From: Azolla caroliniana
Taxonomy: Eukaryota > Plantae > Polypodiophyta
Assembly: GCA_043228905.1 (NCBI GenBank)
Contig: JBHGNT010000005.1
Span: 7,316,001-7,380,000, forward strand
DNA length: 64,000 bases
Reading direction: 5' to 3'
Shown: piece by piece, positions 24,548-39,284 of the stretch
How the letters are laid out: each line of letters begins with the position of its first letter
Numbering within the stretch: the first letter of the stretch is position 1
Notes under the pieces: generated by a model
What the model was told of the DNA's origin: nothing
The model's database searches: none
Seen by the model: the letters and a program-made list of their open reading frames with translations, nothing else
Program-made: the position numbers and the translations under genes

Positions 24548-25779
24548 ATATCATTTTGCTCTAAAGAAGTTTGGGGGTTTCAGTACCACACTTGATACAA
24601 TGCTTTGCCTTTGATCACATTCCATTATGCTTTCTACAATCCTTCAACTTAGCTCAATCCTTACACAAATCTCTCCCATAGTTGTAGTTTGTACTCTTAA
24701 TTGTGACATTGATTATTAAACCTCTTAAACATTGAGAGTTATAATTCGACTTCACATGGATTGAATTGAGATGTTTCATGTTTCGTCTCATGGGTCATAT
24801 TTGACCTCTACAGACGATAATCTCTCTCTCTGTCTCTCTCTAAGATTTTCTAGTATAGTGGTATTGCATTCTCTTTGTAAGCAACAGGTCACAATTTTGA
24901 TCCTCTCTAGAGTTCCTTCATGCCACTCCCTGCCACTTTCAATCTAAATTTTTATACAATGTTTTATAGACAAAAGGTCGATGTGGGCTTGCCCGATATT
25001 GTCATGAATAATGATAGCTTCCCAAATTGCACGACCTTTGCAGCACCAATGCTTGTTACTTTACTCATAGTAAATCTAGAGTTAACACATGAACCGACTC
25101 TCGACTTTCCTTCTCTCTTTCTCATCAATTTTCTTTCATCCCTTGTTTATTTCTTTTATGCTTCAAGACACAATATCCAAGCGATGGGTTCATGCATTCG
25201 TATTTAGTTTTCAAGTCTATGCTAGGGGATTATATATGATATATCTAACCTTAAGACTACCTCTTCAAATTCTTACTCCACAATATTTGTTTCATTATAG
25301 TGTGAAGAATATCATCCCCTGAAGCCTCTAGTTTCAACATCAATCTTTCCATTTCTATAGTATGTAAAGACGCAATTATAGGCCACTTTCAAATTACACT
25401 AGCAATAATGTCGTAAGTATTGTGAATTTTCTCGTGGAATGTCATCTTCATTCATCATACCATTTCACAAACATCGATTGGAAATTATTTCTCGTATGTT
25501 GTTACCTTCTTCCACTTTCTATCAGATGTCTTTAGGTTGAAGATTAATTGCAATCTTCTTTTGCTTTTTCTCCATGGTAGCACAAATTATGGAAATGTAT
25601 CAAGATTGTGGCTCTAACAACCATATTTTGGGGGATTTAGAGAGCATAAAATTTGTTTAGCATGAGAGGATTAAAATGCATCTTTTATTTACTATAATGC
25701 ATTTTGGGTCAATGTTTTCACACATTCACATCCATATTTATAAGTAGGTAATGTTTTAACTTCTCGAGAACGTTTGATT

Positions 25780-26310
25780 GCTTAAATGAAATTGTTTGCA
25801 CTTTGCACGTTGAGGACGACATGTTTGCAATATATACACACTTATAGAATATATTGCTTTGAATATTAAAATTCTCGGTCTGGCACATTTGGACCAGACG
25901 ATGTATGTTTGTTTTTCAGCAACGAAAACTCCCAAGCGGTGAGGTGTTGCTAAACATTTGGTTCGAGCTGGTATCTTGGCTGCGCAGACAGTACAACTCA
26001 ATTGAAGGGAACTCGGATGCAGCAGACAGGGCTCGCTCAAAGTTTTTGCTGAAATGGGGTCGCTCTCCTATGATGGTTAATTCAGCGTCTGGTCCTAAAT
26101 GGAATTACCAAGCACCAAGATGGTTGTTTCCGCCATTGGCTTCGTTGTGAATATGTGGTCACAATGGTGGTCACTATGTAAAAAGAGGCAGTGGGTTACT
26201 CTTGTTGTAAATAGTTAGGTGAGGATTATGCTGTTTTGATTATGGCTGTTCTTCGATGTAATTCTTTTGCTAACTAATGGGAAGTAGTGTTTTTTTTGGA
26301 AAAAAAAATA
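25780..26310 (+). mobile_element. 5'-truncated LINE-like 3' end
   Basis: ORF end ...ARSKFLLKWG...KWNYQAPRWLFPP, a GT-rich 3' UTR and an A tail. Homologous to 30650-31153. Confidence 0.55.
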
Positions 26311-26713
26311 AAATTCTTGCAATATGACATGAACATTCTCATTTTTATGTGGATATTACAATGTCTATATGGTGTGTATAATATGAGCATTATTTTCAAA
26401 CACCAGTAATGTGTTGATACATGTGTAGAGTAGACAATAATCTAATGACAATGAAGCAAATTATATATTTCAATACATGTAAGAAAGATAAATGAATATG
26501 AGCAATAACTAGGTGGGATTTGTAAATGTTTTTTCTTTTGAAAAGGAATGAGAAAAATGGGTGTATCAACAAGTTACAAGGATTTTGACGGAATTAGGCA
26601 TAAATACATCTATCACCTTATCATATTTCCATGTGTGTCGAAATTTCTATTTATATGCACTTATGATGCCTACAAGCATAATAGGTTTCTAAAATATCTT
26701 GTGCGTTGAGAAT

Positions 26714-27641
26714 AGAAAATTAAAAGCTTGACTTACTAATTAATGCATTGTATGATGACTAATGATATTATATAACCCCATTTTTTACCAATGTATAGTA
26801 TGACCTATATAACGATAGGGGGCAAATATGACATAATGAGATGTTGGATACTAGGTGCATTGTGATACATCACCATTTGCAACAGTATATTCCAAAACTG
26901 GGAGTTCTCATAAGAAGAACAAATTAGATTCAACAAACTTCCAAGTACCATACACTCAACAGTCCAAAGTCAACAGTTCGTATAGGTAGGGCATATAGAG
27001 CTCCAACAATATTTCAACTATCAGAAAATTAAACGCTTGACTTACTGATTAATGCATTGTATGATGACTAATGATATTATATAACCCCATTTTTTACCAA
27101 TGTATAGTATGACCTATATAACGATAGGGGGCAAATATGACATAATGAGATGTTGGATACTAGGTGCATTGTGATACATCACCATTTGCAACAGTATATT
27201 CCAAAACTGGGAATTCTCATAAGAAGAACAAATTAGATTCAACAAACTTCCAAGTACCATACACTCAACAGTCCAAAGTCAACAGTTCGTATAGGTAGGG
27301 CATATAGAGCTCCAACAATATTTCAACTATCAGAAAATTAAACGCTTGACTTACTGATTAATGCATTGTATGATGACTAATGATATTATATAACCCCATT
27401 TTTTACCAATGTATAGTATGACCTATATAACGATAGGGAGCAAATATGACATAATGAGATGTTGGATACTAGGTGCATTGTGATACATCACCATTTGCAA
27501 CAGTATATTCCAAAACTGGGAGTTCTCATAAGAAGAACAAATTAGATTCAACAAACTTCCAAGTACCATACACTCAACAGTCCAAAGTCAACAGTTCGTA
27601 TAGGTAGGGCATATAGAGCTCCAACAATATTTCAACTATCA
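26714..27641. repeat. Three near-identical tandem copies of a 309-bp unit
   Basis: gaaaattaaa(a/c)gcttgacttact starts at 26715, 27024 and 27333. Only a handful of substitutions. Confidence 0.95.
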
Positions 27642-28585
27642 TACACTCAACAATTGCATTAGCTCAATCTCATATATTTATAATCAAACTATATGAAGCC
27701 ATTATTGTAGGACATGGTGATGCAATTCTCATATTTGAGGGTGTTAGTGAAAAATTATAAAGGGGAGATCATAAACACAATGTGTCATGGTAAAAAACAA
27801 TTGATTGTCTTGAATACACAGGTAAAATATTAGGAATGTCTAGAAAGACAATTGTAATATTTGTTAAAGTTCAATACAAAGCAACAAGTTGTAAGAGAAA
27901 TAAAAACCTTCTCACTACAATTTAATTACTTATGAGTGTATCATAATCAATATATGGAGGTTTCTACTATCTTCATGATTATGAAATAATTATGATTTAT
28001 GTATTTTATAACTAAGGCTATTGAATGTAGAATGCCTTGTGATGGATTTTGACATATTAAACATATGTATTTTACATTCCATGTATCATGTTGCATATTT
28101 TACATCTACCTCCATAAGCAAATTAACAATCACCAAAACTTTGGAATGCCCAATGGTAGATGTGATGGAACTTTTTGTCGTGAAGTAAATGGACCTATGA
28201 TCAACTACATCAATGCTATATTCCAGAATAACATCGACCAAAAGTGTGTTAGTCAAGTGCTCACGAGTCATAACTTATCAAACTATGGTCTGGCGTACAT
28301 GAAAAAGTCAACCATTGTTTCGAGGAAACATCTTCCAAAATATCACTCATGCAGAAAAAAGCGTACATGATAGATGTAGAGGTTCATTATTATGTCTTTA
28401 CCAATATTTCCCCCATAATCTAACCTATGTGTGCATTTTCAATATAGTGGGGTTGAATGGCCGATAAACGATGATGTTGATAGAATTTGTGCTCCAATAA
28501 TATAATACGCATTTCCCAACAAGTTGAATGTTGGACATTGGTTAACCTTTTACTAATTGCGCACAACATACCAATTCTTCTCTCG

Positions 28586-28618
<33 letters not shown>

Positions 28619-30649
28619 CTTGTTAGACCATCAATTAGTTTTCCTATATAGATGCACAAGTTATTTATATACCAATGCAAAGGATGGCTATCATAACATG
28701 GCCAAATTGTCAAGCAAAATCTACTTCAATGGAAATGGAAATGCCTCTCCAATCACCAATCACTAGATATTATTGTCGTCTACTATTTACATATTTGCAC
28801 CATGAATGGATCCTACTGGTTAAGGTTTGCAAGTTGTTAAGGTATCCAACTTGGATTGTCTTGAAATGATTCCCATGTCATGACAAACAATTGGTTAGTA
28901 TACCCTTTTGCACAATGTAGTGTACGATACTCTTCATTGCCAAAAACTTAGTGATCTATATTCCAATGCGGCAATGTTAATAAAATGTGAGCATAGGAGA
29001 TAGAATATCCACAAGCATTTGTTGGGGCTACCAATGCAATATATATATATATATATATATCCATAGCTACAGTTTTGAAACAAAACAAATTGCCTTTAAT
29101 GATGATGTGTTCGCTTACATAAATCATATCCGCAAACTCATAATGGTCATATTGCTATTGTTGTTTTAGATGGAGTTTCAAACTTCATTTGATAAAAAAT
29201 TTAGTGAGCCTTGTATGATCATAAATGCACGCTACATTACTTTACTTTTATGGATAAGCCATGTGTGGTTTGTTTTACTCCAATTTGAAGAAACTAACGT
29301 ACTTTAGGTTCCTTCAAGGTACTTACGCCTTGGACAACAATATATTGCTATAGACTATAACCTATATATTTTCCATAGTGAAAAAGGCAAGCAATGCTCA
29401 AATTATTTTCTATATTTTGGCCATTGCTTCGACTTATGTTTTCTTCACATTTAAAAGATTTCATGTCTAAATAAGAACATTCATGATACCAATGAAAATA
29501 ATGTTTTATTATTTATAAATATAATAACTCTCGAGAAATCTCAATGTAGGATGAAAACCTACAAAATAAGTTAATAACAAAGAGAAACGTACTGAGTGTG
29601 AGTAGACATTGAGGTTCTTCAAAACACAAAGAGGAAAATATATAAGTTTGAATTATGATGTTCATAAGTTATTTTTTTGGCCAACAATGGTTTATATTAT
29701 GTCTAAAGCAATTTACATGATACTTCAACATAGATTTTTAGATTTTTACCTTTTTCAACTGCTCTTAGATTGCCACAACCATACATATCTCCCAAAGCAT
29801 TACCAAGAACAGTTGTACATGGCCACCTGCCTCGTGTCGGTGGAGGAAATACCCAGAGAGGTGGTTGATACCTCCAACGTACCATCAACCATGTAAAAGA
29901 CATTCATCCTTTCCCATTTCTTCTAAAAAACCTCTTCCTTGCAAAATACGACTTATGATGTCCATAACTTGTAGACAATTGAATATAGATTGATTGAGGA
30001 ATTTCTTAGAGAAGACAAATTTTCGCAACTAGTTTTTACCTTAGTACTTATGTGTGTGGGTTATCCAAATTGGCCAATGTGCCCAAACAAAAAAATAACC
30101 ATGGACGATTATGCATTGCTTGATAGGCCATATAGAATCTATCCAAGTCACCTAAGAAATTTACCTAAGAAATTTGATTGAGTGATAATGTCCACACTAA
30201 GTGTTTGGTTGCTTTCGATTCTTCACCATGTCATGAATAATGGGATGAAGCCATCTCTTTCCTTTAAATATTTAGTCTGGTGAGAAGCATCCATAATAAG
30301 AATCTTCATAGGAATGCCCCTTTGTTTTTGTCTTGTTAGAAACAAGACTATGCAAAACATTTCCTTTACAATCAGACATTGAACTATCATATCCACATGA
30401 ACAAAGACATGCATATCACATACATGCACAATCTTGAGTTTCTGCAAAGATGCAGAATTTATCAATAGACAAATATCATGGAGGTGTAGGAATAAGTCAT
30501 TTATATTTTAAAGTAAAAGAGGTCAAGGAATCAAGTTTGTTAATTCATTAATGCTTAGTCAAATAATGTATTTCACATGTTTATTCAAGCCACTCATGAT
30601 TTTAGCCTTAACAAGATCTTGGAATATGGTAATAAGTTTTGTCTAATGC

Positions 30650-31153
30650 CTTTACACATACTTTGTAGACTAAAACAAGAGAATTGTTTTAGCCTTCACA
30701 AATTTAGCGGAGAGTTTAATGATGTTTTGGTTTAATTTGATTTCTACGCTACAAGGAAAGTTTGACAGCTTTTAGGGGCCCTCTAATGCGAGTGAAGAAG
30801 CTAGATACCGCTTCCTTCTTAAATGGGGAGGTTCTTTGATGTTATAGATGGTGGATGGCAATGCAAAGTGGATTTATCAGCCACCTCGGTGGCTGTTTCC
30901 TCCTAGGGTACCAAACATAGAGGTAGGTGCTGAATTGTGAAGAGATTGGAGGGTGTCTTTGCTGAATGTGGGTTGTGTGAGGCTCATGTTGAGGGGAGTT
31001 TGTCGAGTAATTATGTGACGAGGCTTTGTTGATTCATTTATACATGATGTTTTCTTGTAGCCATTGCAAAGTGGCTTGTAACATATGAGTTGTATATTAT
31101 CCGATGTACTTTTTCTTAACTAATGGAAGTAGTCTTTTTTTTTTGGAAAAAAA
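30650..31153 (+). mobile_element. Second 5'-truncated LINE-like 3' end, same family as 25780-26310
   Basis: Translates to ...ARYRFLLKWGG...KWIYQPPRWLFPP and shares the terminus taactaatgg(g)aagtagt..Tn-GG-An. Confidence 0.55.
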
Positions 31154-34100
31154 AGAACCACCTAAATCATACACATACATCATCTATGAATTGTTAAAAT
31201 AATAAACTGGTGGTTCTACCAAAAAGAGGAAATAATATTATAACACAATATTTTTCCTAGTTGTAAACATATAGAAAGCATTGCCAAACCAAAATGTTTT
31301 AGTAAACACTAGTTTAATGGCCCCTTTTCCTTGTTAAATTAATTCGTCAAACTTCACAAATTACTTATACAAAAACAAAAGAATTGATGGGATGAGAAGA
31401 TGACACGCCCTTCAAAAATACTAGTTTTTCAAGACATTGGATTTATTGTGCGCATATCTAGAGGTTTAAATCTAGAAATCTAAGAAAAGAATATGATATT
31501 TTTTATTGGTAGGAGAATCATGTTGTTGCCAAAACATGCGTGAATGAATTGAAAATAGTTTGTGCATCAAGGTATGCTACACATATATAATTTATTTAGT
31601 TGAAACTAGTAAATCGTTGGGGTGATCTCATTGGCAAATGATCCTTGTCCAATCATACACTTAACTTATCCATAGTCAAGTATGTGAATTGCTTTTGTAA
31701 TAGTGTATATTCACATGCCCGCCTTTAACTATCAATGTTGAAGAAAACAAGTTTACGTTAGAAGAGAAGAAAACAATAAAGAATAGTTGAAATGATAAAA
31801 GTAATTTGTTCGAACAAAAAGGTGAAATTTCAGATGTCATTGGCGTACATTGATACCACAAGGTTAGTATATTACTTGGATTTATTCCTTGGCTTTGGGC
31901 GCGACCATGCATGTTGAAGGGGCTTTAACAAAAGAGAGTGAGAAGTTCGTTATAAAGTATAGAACACTCTATATTCACAATAAAAGAAAGGAAACAACTT
32001 AAGTTTAATTTTCTTCTTGTCAACATCGGTGACATTTTCAAGCCATCCATGTGATAAATATATTTCTAAGGCATGCCTTGTGGCACAAATGCAGATGATA
32101 TATACACATGCCAAATAATAAATAGGGTTGATATAGATATTGGTGGAATCAAATATTTTTCTCATAAGGATACATTTTTTTAGTGATGAAAGCCCATGTT
32201 GAGCATGGAAGTTCGAATGTGCCAAAGTTTCCAACCATAGGATGAGAATTCTTATCTATCTACAAATATATATCCATTAATCATTGTGTTATATGATATT
32301 GTGTTAGTCGATTGTATTCTATAAACAAAGTTTACACTCAAAATATGATCAACATCATGTGAAATTATGTGTTGATAATATGATTATCAAGCTTGATGTT
32401 GCGAAGACTCTATATGGTAGGATTATAAATAAGCCAACATATCCAAAATTGAATCAATGTAGGGTAAGGGAAACATGTTATAGATTGTGGTTGCGTCAAT
32501 CTTCAAGTACTCCCCACACACTAGAGTTCTCATTCTTCTTGGGGACTACCATGATCAGGTTGACTGGAGAAACTATCAATGTCCTCCATCACCCTTACTA
32601 CATAATTGGGTTCAAGCAATACCATTAACGTTGGATCGTGGTTGCACCCATCTTGAGTTACAATTTGCATTGGTAGAATTGACCTATTGGATTTCATCAT
32701 TGAAGCACAAAAGAAGCAAGAAACATCAGAAATAGGAGAGAATATATTTTAAGAAGGGAGAAGAGTGCAACAATCCTTAATTGTAAGTGTCATGTTTATG
32801 TGCTAGGGTGAAAAACTCCTGAAGAAGGAAAAAAACCCTAATTATACGTGTGTTCACACATCACTATCACAATATATAAATTGTTTGATGTTTTATATGC
32901 AATACATATACGATGTCTCATGTCATTCCCTTTTTGTCTTTCAATACCCTTATTTGTGGTTTTCATAGGTCATCATGGCTAGAGCCATGGTAATGTTTTT
33001 AGCTCAATCATTTCGTTATGTATGCAGAATTCTACTAATGAAGAATATTTTTTTCGGAAAAATAAAATTGTTCTTATATAAAAAAGAAGGGATATACCAC
33101 AACCTCTTCAAGTAAGGCTTTGGTCCACCGCAAGATAATGGAATGTGAAGATCGACAATGCTTGGAACTATTCTTGCTAGAACTCAAGGGGCATAAAAAG
33201 TTGTTGGAACAACAATGCAATGACATTAACTCATTAACAATGAACTATCAAGACTTCCTTCAACTCCATCACACCTCGTGCTACAAGTCCATCAAGGGTC
33301 ACATAATTGGGGTTTCAACTAGGGAACTCGAAAAAGAAAAGAATAGATTGGGCAATAGCAATGTGTTGTGCATATAGGCAATGCCCATTGGCTCCATCTT
33401 CTCGCCTCCCTTGTCATATACTGAAAAAGGCCATTATCACTTGACATGGAAACTGCTCTAGATACAATATTTTAAGATGTAACCTATTTTTGACTTACAA
33501 GACTTTTTGCCCTCTTAAAAGTCTTTTGCCATCTCTTTTTCATATATTCACATGTGATCGTACTTGTGTCCAGTTCTTGCTCCTTAATGGCCTAGTCTAA
33601 TAACTGAATGAACATAAAATAAAATTTTGGCTACATTTAATTAGAAAATTTGTTTAAATTGAAACAAACCACGATGACCCAAAAAGTTTCATTTCATGCA
33701 AAGCAGATGTTTTTGGGACATTAGTTTATTCACCTTTCTTTCTTTATAATATTACACATGCTTCTAGGATGTATGCAAATACAAAGCATAATCTCATTTT
33801 GTGCATAAGCCATGGATAAGTTTGAATAATGTTTTGATTCTCTACAATTGGAAAGCGCGAGGGTGTAAAGAGATCCACTTGAAGTTAGTACAAATCATGA
33901 AGGAGAGATTGGTGGTACATCTAAGGACATTTCCACAAATAGTCCAAACATGGATGCGATCATAAGACAATGATGCACAACCAAGTTAGTTTGCCTGTGC
34001 AGTAACTAAGGTACTTAATGTTTATCGGGAAATGCAACTTGTGTAACAAGAGGTGTTCAATGTTTATGAAATGCTGCTAATGCTAAGCATCAATGTCAAA

Positions 34101-34310
34101 TATATGTATCAAATAGGAGGTTGGCATTCTACATCATGTTCTTTCTCCGTTACTTCAAGACGCTGATGTGAAATTTATCTTTTTGTAAGTCCTCCTTTGC
34201 CACATTTTATGAAGGTAAAATAAAGCATACCTTATTTTTGCAATGAAAAATTTCTCTTTGTAAAGAATCGGGCGTGATTCTGTGCAGCAGAAGAGATGCA
34301 TGTGTGTGTG

Positions 34311-37232
34311 ATAGAGATAGATAGATAGATAGATTATACTATCGTCTTTGGAGGTCAAATATGGCCTATGAGACCAAAAATATTACATTGCACGTGATAC
34401 ATGTGAAAGTGAGTAGCGTCTCTCGATGTTCAAGAACTTTACCAATGAGTGTTGCAATCGAGAGTGCACATTGTGGTTGTGAGAGAAATTCATGCAAGGA
34501 TTGGGTTCGGTCGAAGAGATGTGGAAAGCATAGTCGAATATGATCAAAGGCAGAGCATTGTATCGAAGTGTGATACTCAGACTCTCGAACTTGTCTAGGG
34601 CAAACTGTACATAGCCGACCACTCTCATCACTTGTGCCCCAACGCCCTGTCCTACATCACAATGCATGTGAGATAAGTCGCATGGAAGCAATGGTTCGAA
34701 TGGCAGATAATGGGATGGGTTGTAACATGTATTGATGTGTACGGTTTCCCCGTTCCGCAAAGAATATGGTTTTGTAGTTAGGTGCAACATGTGTAGTATA
34801 ATGTGTGAAGCATGAGCCTCCACATTTGTCCCATGTCATGATATATTGGTGTTGCAAAAAGGCCTCATTTATTGAGGAATCTAATGATGCATCATGAAGC
34901 AAGTGTCTTGCATCCCATCTACCAAACCATTTTTCTATATCTTTCATCCAACTGGAACACAATTTTTTTCTTTTATGCGTCTTTTGGATATTTTTGCTTG
35001 CTTCCCATGCAATTCTAGGAAGTTGATGTGAGGGACTTTTTTGAACCTTAAGCATGTATTCAACAACCCTTTCCATGGCCATGATCTCAATGGGAAGTGA
35101 TCTCGTCTCAAGGAGGAGGAGGGTGTAGGGCATTTGTTTCTTAACTTGTAGAAACTTTATAAGAAAATGTTTTTGGACATTTTCAAACTCTTTCCACGTA
35201 GATTTAGGGATGCTACCGCCCCATACTTCCACCCCATAGAGAAGAACCGATGTCACCAAAGTGTCCAAAGATATTTCTTGAGGACCCAACACTTAATATC
35301 TCCATGATTACGTGTGTTCTCAAATGCATAGTATGCTCGCTTACCCGCCTCTAAATGGTGTATAGCACATTCATTCCATCTACGATTTGAAGGAACTTCA
35401 AGGCCAAGATATTTGAAGCTTTCCACACATTGAAGTGGCTCATTGTTGTACATAATGCATGGTTTATCTCTTTTTTGTCTCTTCACAAGCATAATCTTTG
35501 TTTTAGAGCTATTGACACTTAATTTAGTATGCATGCCATTTTTTTCCAATGCCTTCATAAGCTTTTGTGCATCTCCTAAAGTATTTGGAAAAAACACTAG
35601 ATCATTTGCATATAGCAAAAGCATAATCACAACATTCCCAATGACAACTTCTTCAATACATTCTTCCGTTACAAACTTGGCAACCATTTCTTCCAATTCA
35701 TCAATGCATAGACCATATAGTGTTGGTGAGAGTGGGCATCCTTGCTTAACACCAATAGTGTTATTGAAAAAAATCTGAAAGTCTATCTCTCATACGCACA
35801 TAACATATAACCTTCTCATATATTCGGGAAATTGCAAGCATATATTCACTTGGCACCTCAAGTTCTTACATTCGCCTCCAAAGATGCTCACGGGGTACCA
35901 TATCAAAAGCTTTCTTTAAGTCTACAAAGCAACAATATAAACCTTTACATCTAAGGCGACTTTCCTCCATTAATACTCGAAGGGTGACAAGGTGATCAAT
36001 GGTGTTATGGTATTTTTGAAAGCCAACTTATCCATAAGCACTCTTACCATTTTTTTCAGCCCATACACCTATCTTTGATTCCATTATACATCCAAATAGT
36101 TTTGCCATTAATGAGCCAACCATGATGGTTCAATAGCTTTTTACATTATTTACATCTCCACCTTTATGTAAAGGTTTGATCCAATTTGTAGTCCAATCAC
36201 ATGTCACTTATCCATACATGTGCTTCCTTTCCCGTCCATTTGATCATTTGAGCCTTTATACATTGAAGATCGCTTGCCTTTCGAGAGTCCAATTTCGTAA
36301 GTCCTATGCATATATCTTCAATTGTAAAGAAGGGAGACATATGTGAAAGAGAACCATAACACATCATCTTTTCAGCAAGAAAAGTCTTACAATGCATAGA
36401 CAAGTCGTGAAGACTTAGGTCACCATAACTCTCAACACATGTCCCCTTTAGATTTCCCCAAAATTTAGCACATGCATGTGTTTTTTCTTGCATTTGAAGA
36501 ATTGTTGAGCAACTTCCCATATTCTTCTCTTTCTTTGAATAAGCCTTTATACTCATGCAAATGCTTTTGGTAATTTTCTTTATCCTTAGTTACTACATCC
36601 AAAACCATAAGGCACTTTCGAGCGTCACGGCATTCTTTATCAATTCATTTTTTCCTAAATTTCTTGGTGCATTTCCAAGATGTGAGGTTGGTTGAAAAAC
36701 ATTTGTTTGTACAAGAGAGAATGACTTTCTTAAAAGCTTCCCATTTGCCTTCTAGTGTGGCACCATGTTGTATCTTTGTCATTTGTAACATATCCTCAAC
36801 CATCTTATAATACATGGGCGATCGCTTAAGGTTCATGCTCAAGTGCAGTTGTTTATTATCTTCAATGACCTTCTCACAATCAAACCTATGCATACACTTG
36901 AGATCAATACATAAAGCCCCATGATCGGATTCCGGTGTCCATTCACAAAGTGAGAATTTATGTATACGATCCAAAATACCTTCGGAAAGTAGCACATAAT
37001 CAATCACAATATTTCCTTTGTGTTTTCTAAATGTAAAACCATTAGTGTTGGGCCATAAGGAAACACCATTTGCAATAAGCAATCCAGTACTATTGCACAT
37101 TTGTTGTAGGAGTAACTTCCCAAATTGGTTCAGATCTTTTTTATCTTGCATCCTTGAGATATGTGGCATGAAAGATTCTTGTGAATCAAGTTAGAAACTT
37201 CTTGTACGAGCATACATGTCACCAAAGAAAAT

Positions 37233-37236
<4 letters not shown>
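34311..37236 (-). mobile_element. RTEX/RTE-like LINE, 5'-truncated inside the endonuclease, degenerate
   Basis: EN motifs FFGDMYART, VIDYVL and ESDH. RT motifs KQGCPLSP, LLLYAND and FKYLG. C-terminal Cys/His knuckle remnant and a (TCTA)n 3' tail. Confidence 0.8.
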
Positions 37237-37310
<74 letters not shown>

Positions 37311-38599
37311 TAGATTATATTATCGTCTTTGGAGGTCAAATATGACCTATGAGACCAAAAAATATTATATTTCACGTGATACGTGTGAAAGTGAGTAGTA
37401 ACTCTCGATGTTCAAGAACTTTACCAATGAATGTTGCAATTGAGAGTGCACATTGTGGTTGTGAGAGGAATTCATGCAAAGATTGGGCTCGGTCGAAGAG
37501 ATGTGGAAAGCATAGTCGAATATGATCAAAGGCAGAGCATTGTATCAAAGTGTGATACTCAGACTCGCGAACTTGTTTAGGGCAAAGTGTGCATAGCCAG
37601 CCACTCTCATCACTTGTGCCCCAACACCCTGTTTCATATCGCAATGCATGTGAGCTAAGTCGCATGGAAGCAATGGTTCGAATGGCAGATAACGGTATGG
37701 GCTCTAACATGTATCGATGTGTACGATTTCCTCGTTCCGCAAAGAATATGGTTTTGTAGTTAGGTGCAACATGTGTAGTATAATGTGTGAAGCGTGAGCC
37801 TCCACATTTGTCCCATGTCATGATACATTGGCATTGCAAGAAGGCCTCATTTACAGAGGAATCTAATGATGCATCATGAAGCAAGTGTCCCGCATCCCAT
37901 CTACCAAACCATTTTTCTATATCTTGCATCCAACCGGAACACAAAATTTTGCCTTTATGCGTCTTTTGGATATTTTTGCTTGCTTCCCATGCAATTCTAG
38001 GAAGTCGATGTGAGGGACTTTTTTGAACCTTAAGCATGTATTCAACAACCCTTTCCATGGCCATGATCTCAATGGGAAGCGATCCTGTCTGAAGGAGGAG
38101 GAGGGTGTCGGGCATTTGTTTCTTAACTTGTAGAAACTTTGTAAGAAAATGTTTTTGGACATTTTCAAACTCTTTCCACGTAGATTTAGAGATGCTACCG
38201 CCCTATACTTCCACCTCATAGAGAAGAACTGGTGTCACCAAAGTGTCGAAAAGATATTTCTTGAGGACCCAACACTTAATATCTCCATGATTACGTGTGT
38301 TCTCAAATGCATAGTATGCTCACTTACCCGCCTCTAAACGGCGTGTAGCACATTCATTCCATCTATGATTTGAAGGAACTTCAAGGTCAAGATATTTGAA
38401 GCTCTCCACACATTGAAGTGGCTCATTGTTGTACATAATGCATGGTTTATCTCTTTTTTGGCTCTTCACAAGCATAATCTTTGTCTTAGAGCTATTGACA
38501 CTTAATTTAGTATGCATGCAAACTTTTTCCAATGCCTTCATAAGCTTTTGTGCATCTCCTAAAGTATTTGCAAAAAGCACTACATCATCTGCAAATAGC
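37237..38599 (-). mobile_element. Second, shorter copy of the same LINE, with its tail abutting the 5' end of the first
   Basis: LFADD...FKYL, then SSHALRYETG..CTLC..ESEYHTLIQC. 3' tail of TCTA then long (TC)n. Highly similar to 34311-35620. Confidence 0.85.
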
Positions 38600-38700
38600 T
38601 GGAGGCCGACTGGGTAGTTGAGGTTGGGTCGAGTAATGGTGAGATAGATCGAGCTTCCGATTAGCTGTGAATAGTGTGTCAGCTCACTCTTCTGTGCCGG
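38600..38700 (-). mobile_element. Copia RT fragment; continuation of the RT piece at 42290-42652
   Basis: Minus strand encodes QLIGSSIYLTITRPNLNYPVGL. Confidence 0.75.
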
Positions 38701-39284
38701 TGTCGTGAAGAAAACCGGCCATAGGCGGAATCAGAGAAAAGGGCACATGAACCGGCTCTTACACGGATGGACGCATGAATTGCTATTTTGATATTTTGTA
38801 CATGATTCATAAATGGATCGGCTGATGTAAATACTAAGTAGTACACATTTATTAGGGGATTGTGCGTATCTATGTCAGAAGGGACAGGGAATTAAGCGAT
38901 TTGACTGGGGAAAAAGGGCACCCCCTTTTGGGAACTATTTAAGGAGAGGAGAGAAGGAAGAGAGGGGATCGCGCGTTGGCAAAGAGGAAGTGCGGCTGCA
39001 GAACCGAGTGCCGAGCTCTCTCTTCTCCTCCTCCGGTCGTCGGTCTCTGTGGGGTCGGGAGTTCGTTGCCTCTGCTTCGTTGACAGCCCGTGTGCTTCAA
39101 GTAAAGGCTCTCCCCTTTTTGGTTCCTGGAGTTGTGTGGCAATCGTCGTTGTGCGTTAGTAGGACCCCGTGTCGGGCCCATTACCGGGTTGCCGGTTGTA
39201 ACTGTTCGAGTTGTAAGCTATTGATTTTAGTAATTGGGTTCTTGTTTTCTTGCTCTTAACTCTTCTCTATGTATCTCTCTCTCT
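38701..39284 (+). mobile_element. Displaced part of the 5' LTR of Gypsy element A
   Basis: Reverse complement of 43332-~42749. Starts TGTCGTGAAG, preceded by CCGG. Stops inside the CT microsatellite. Confidence 0.9.
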
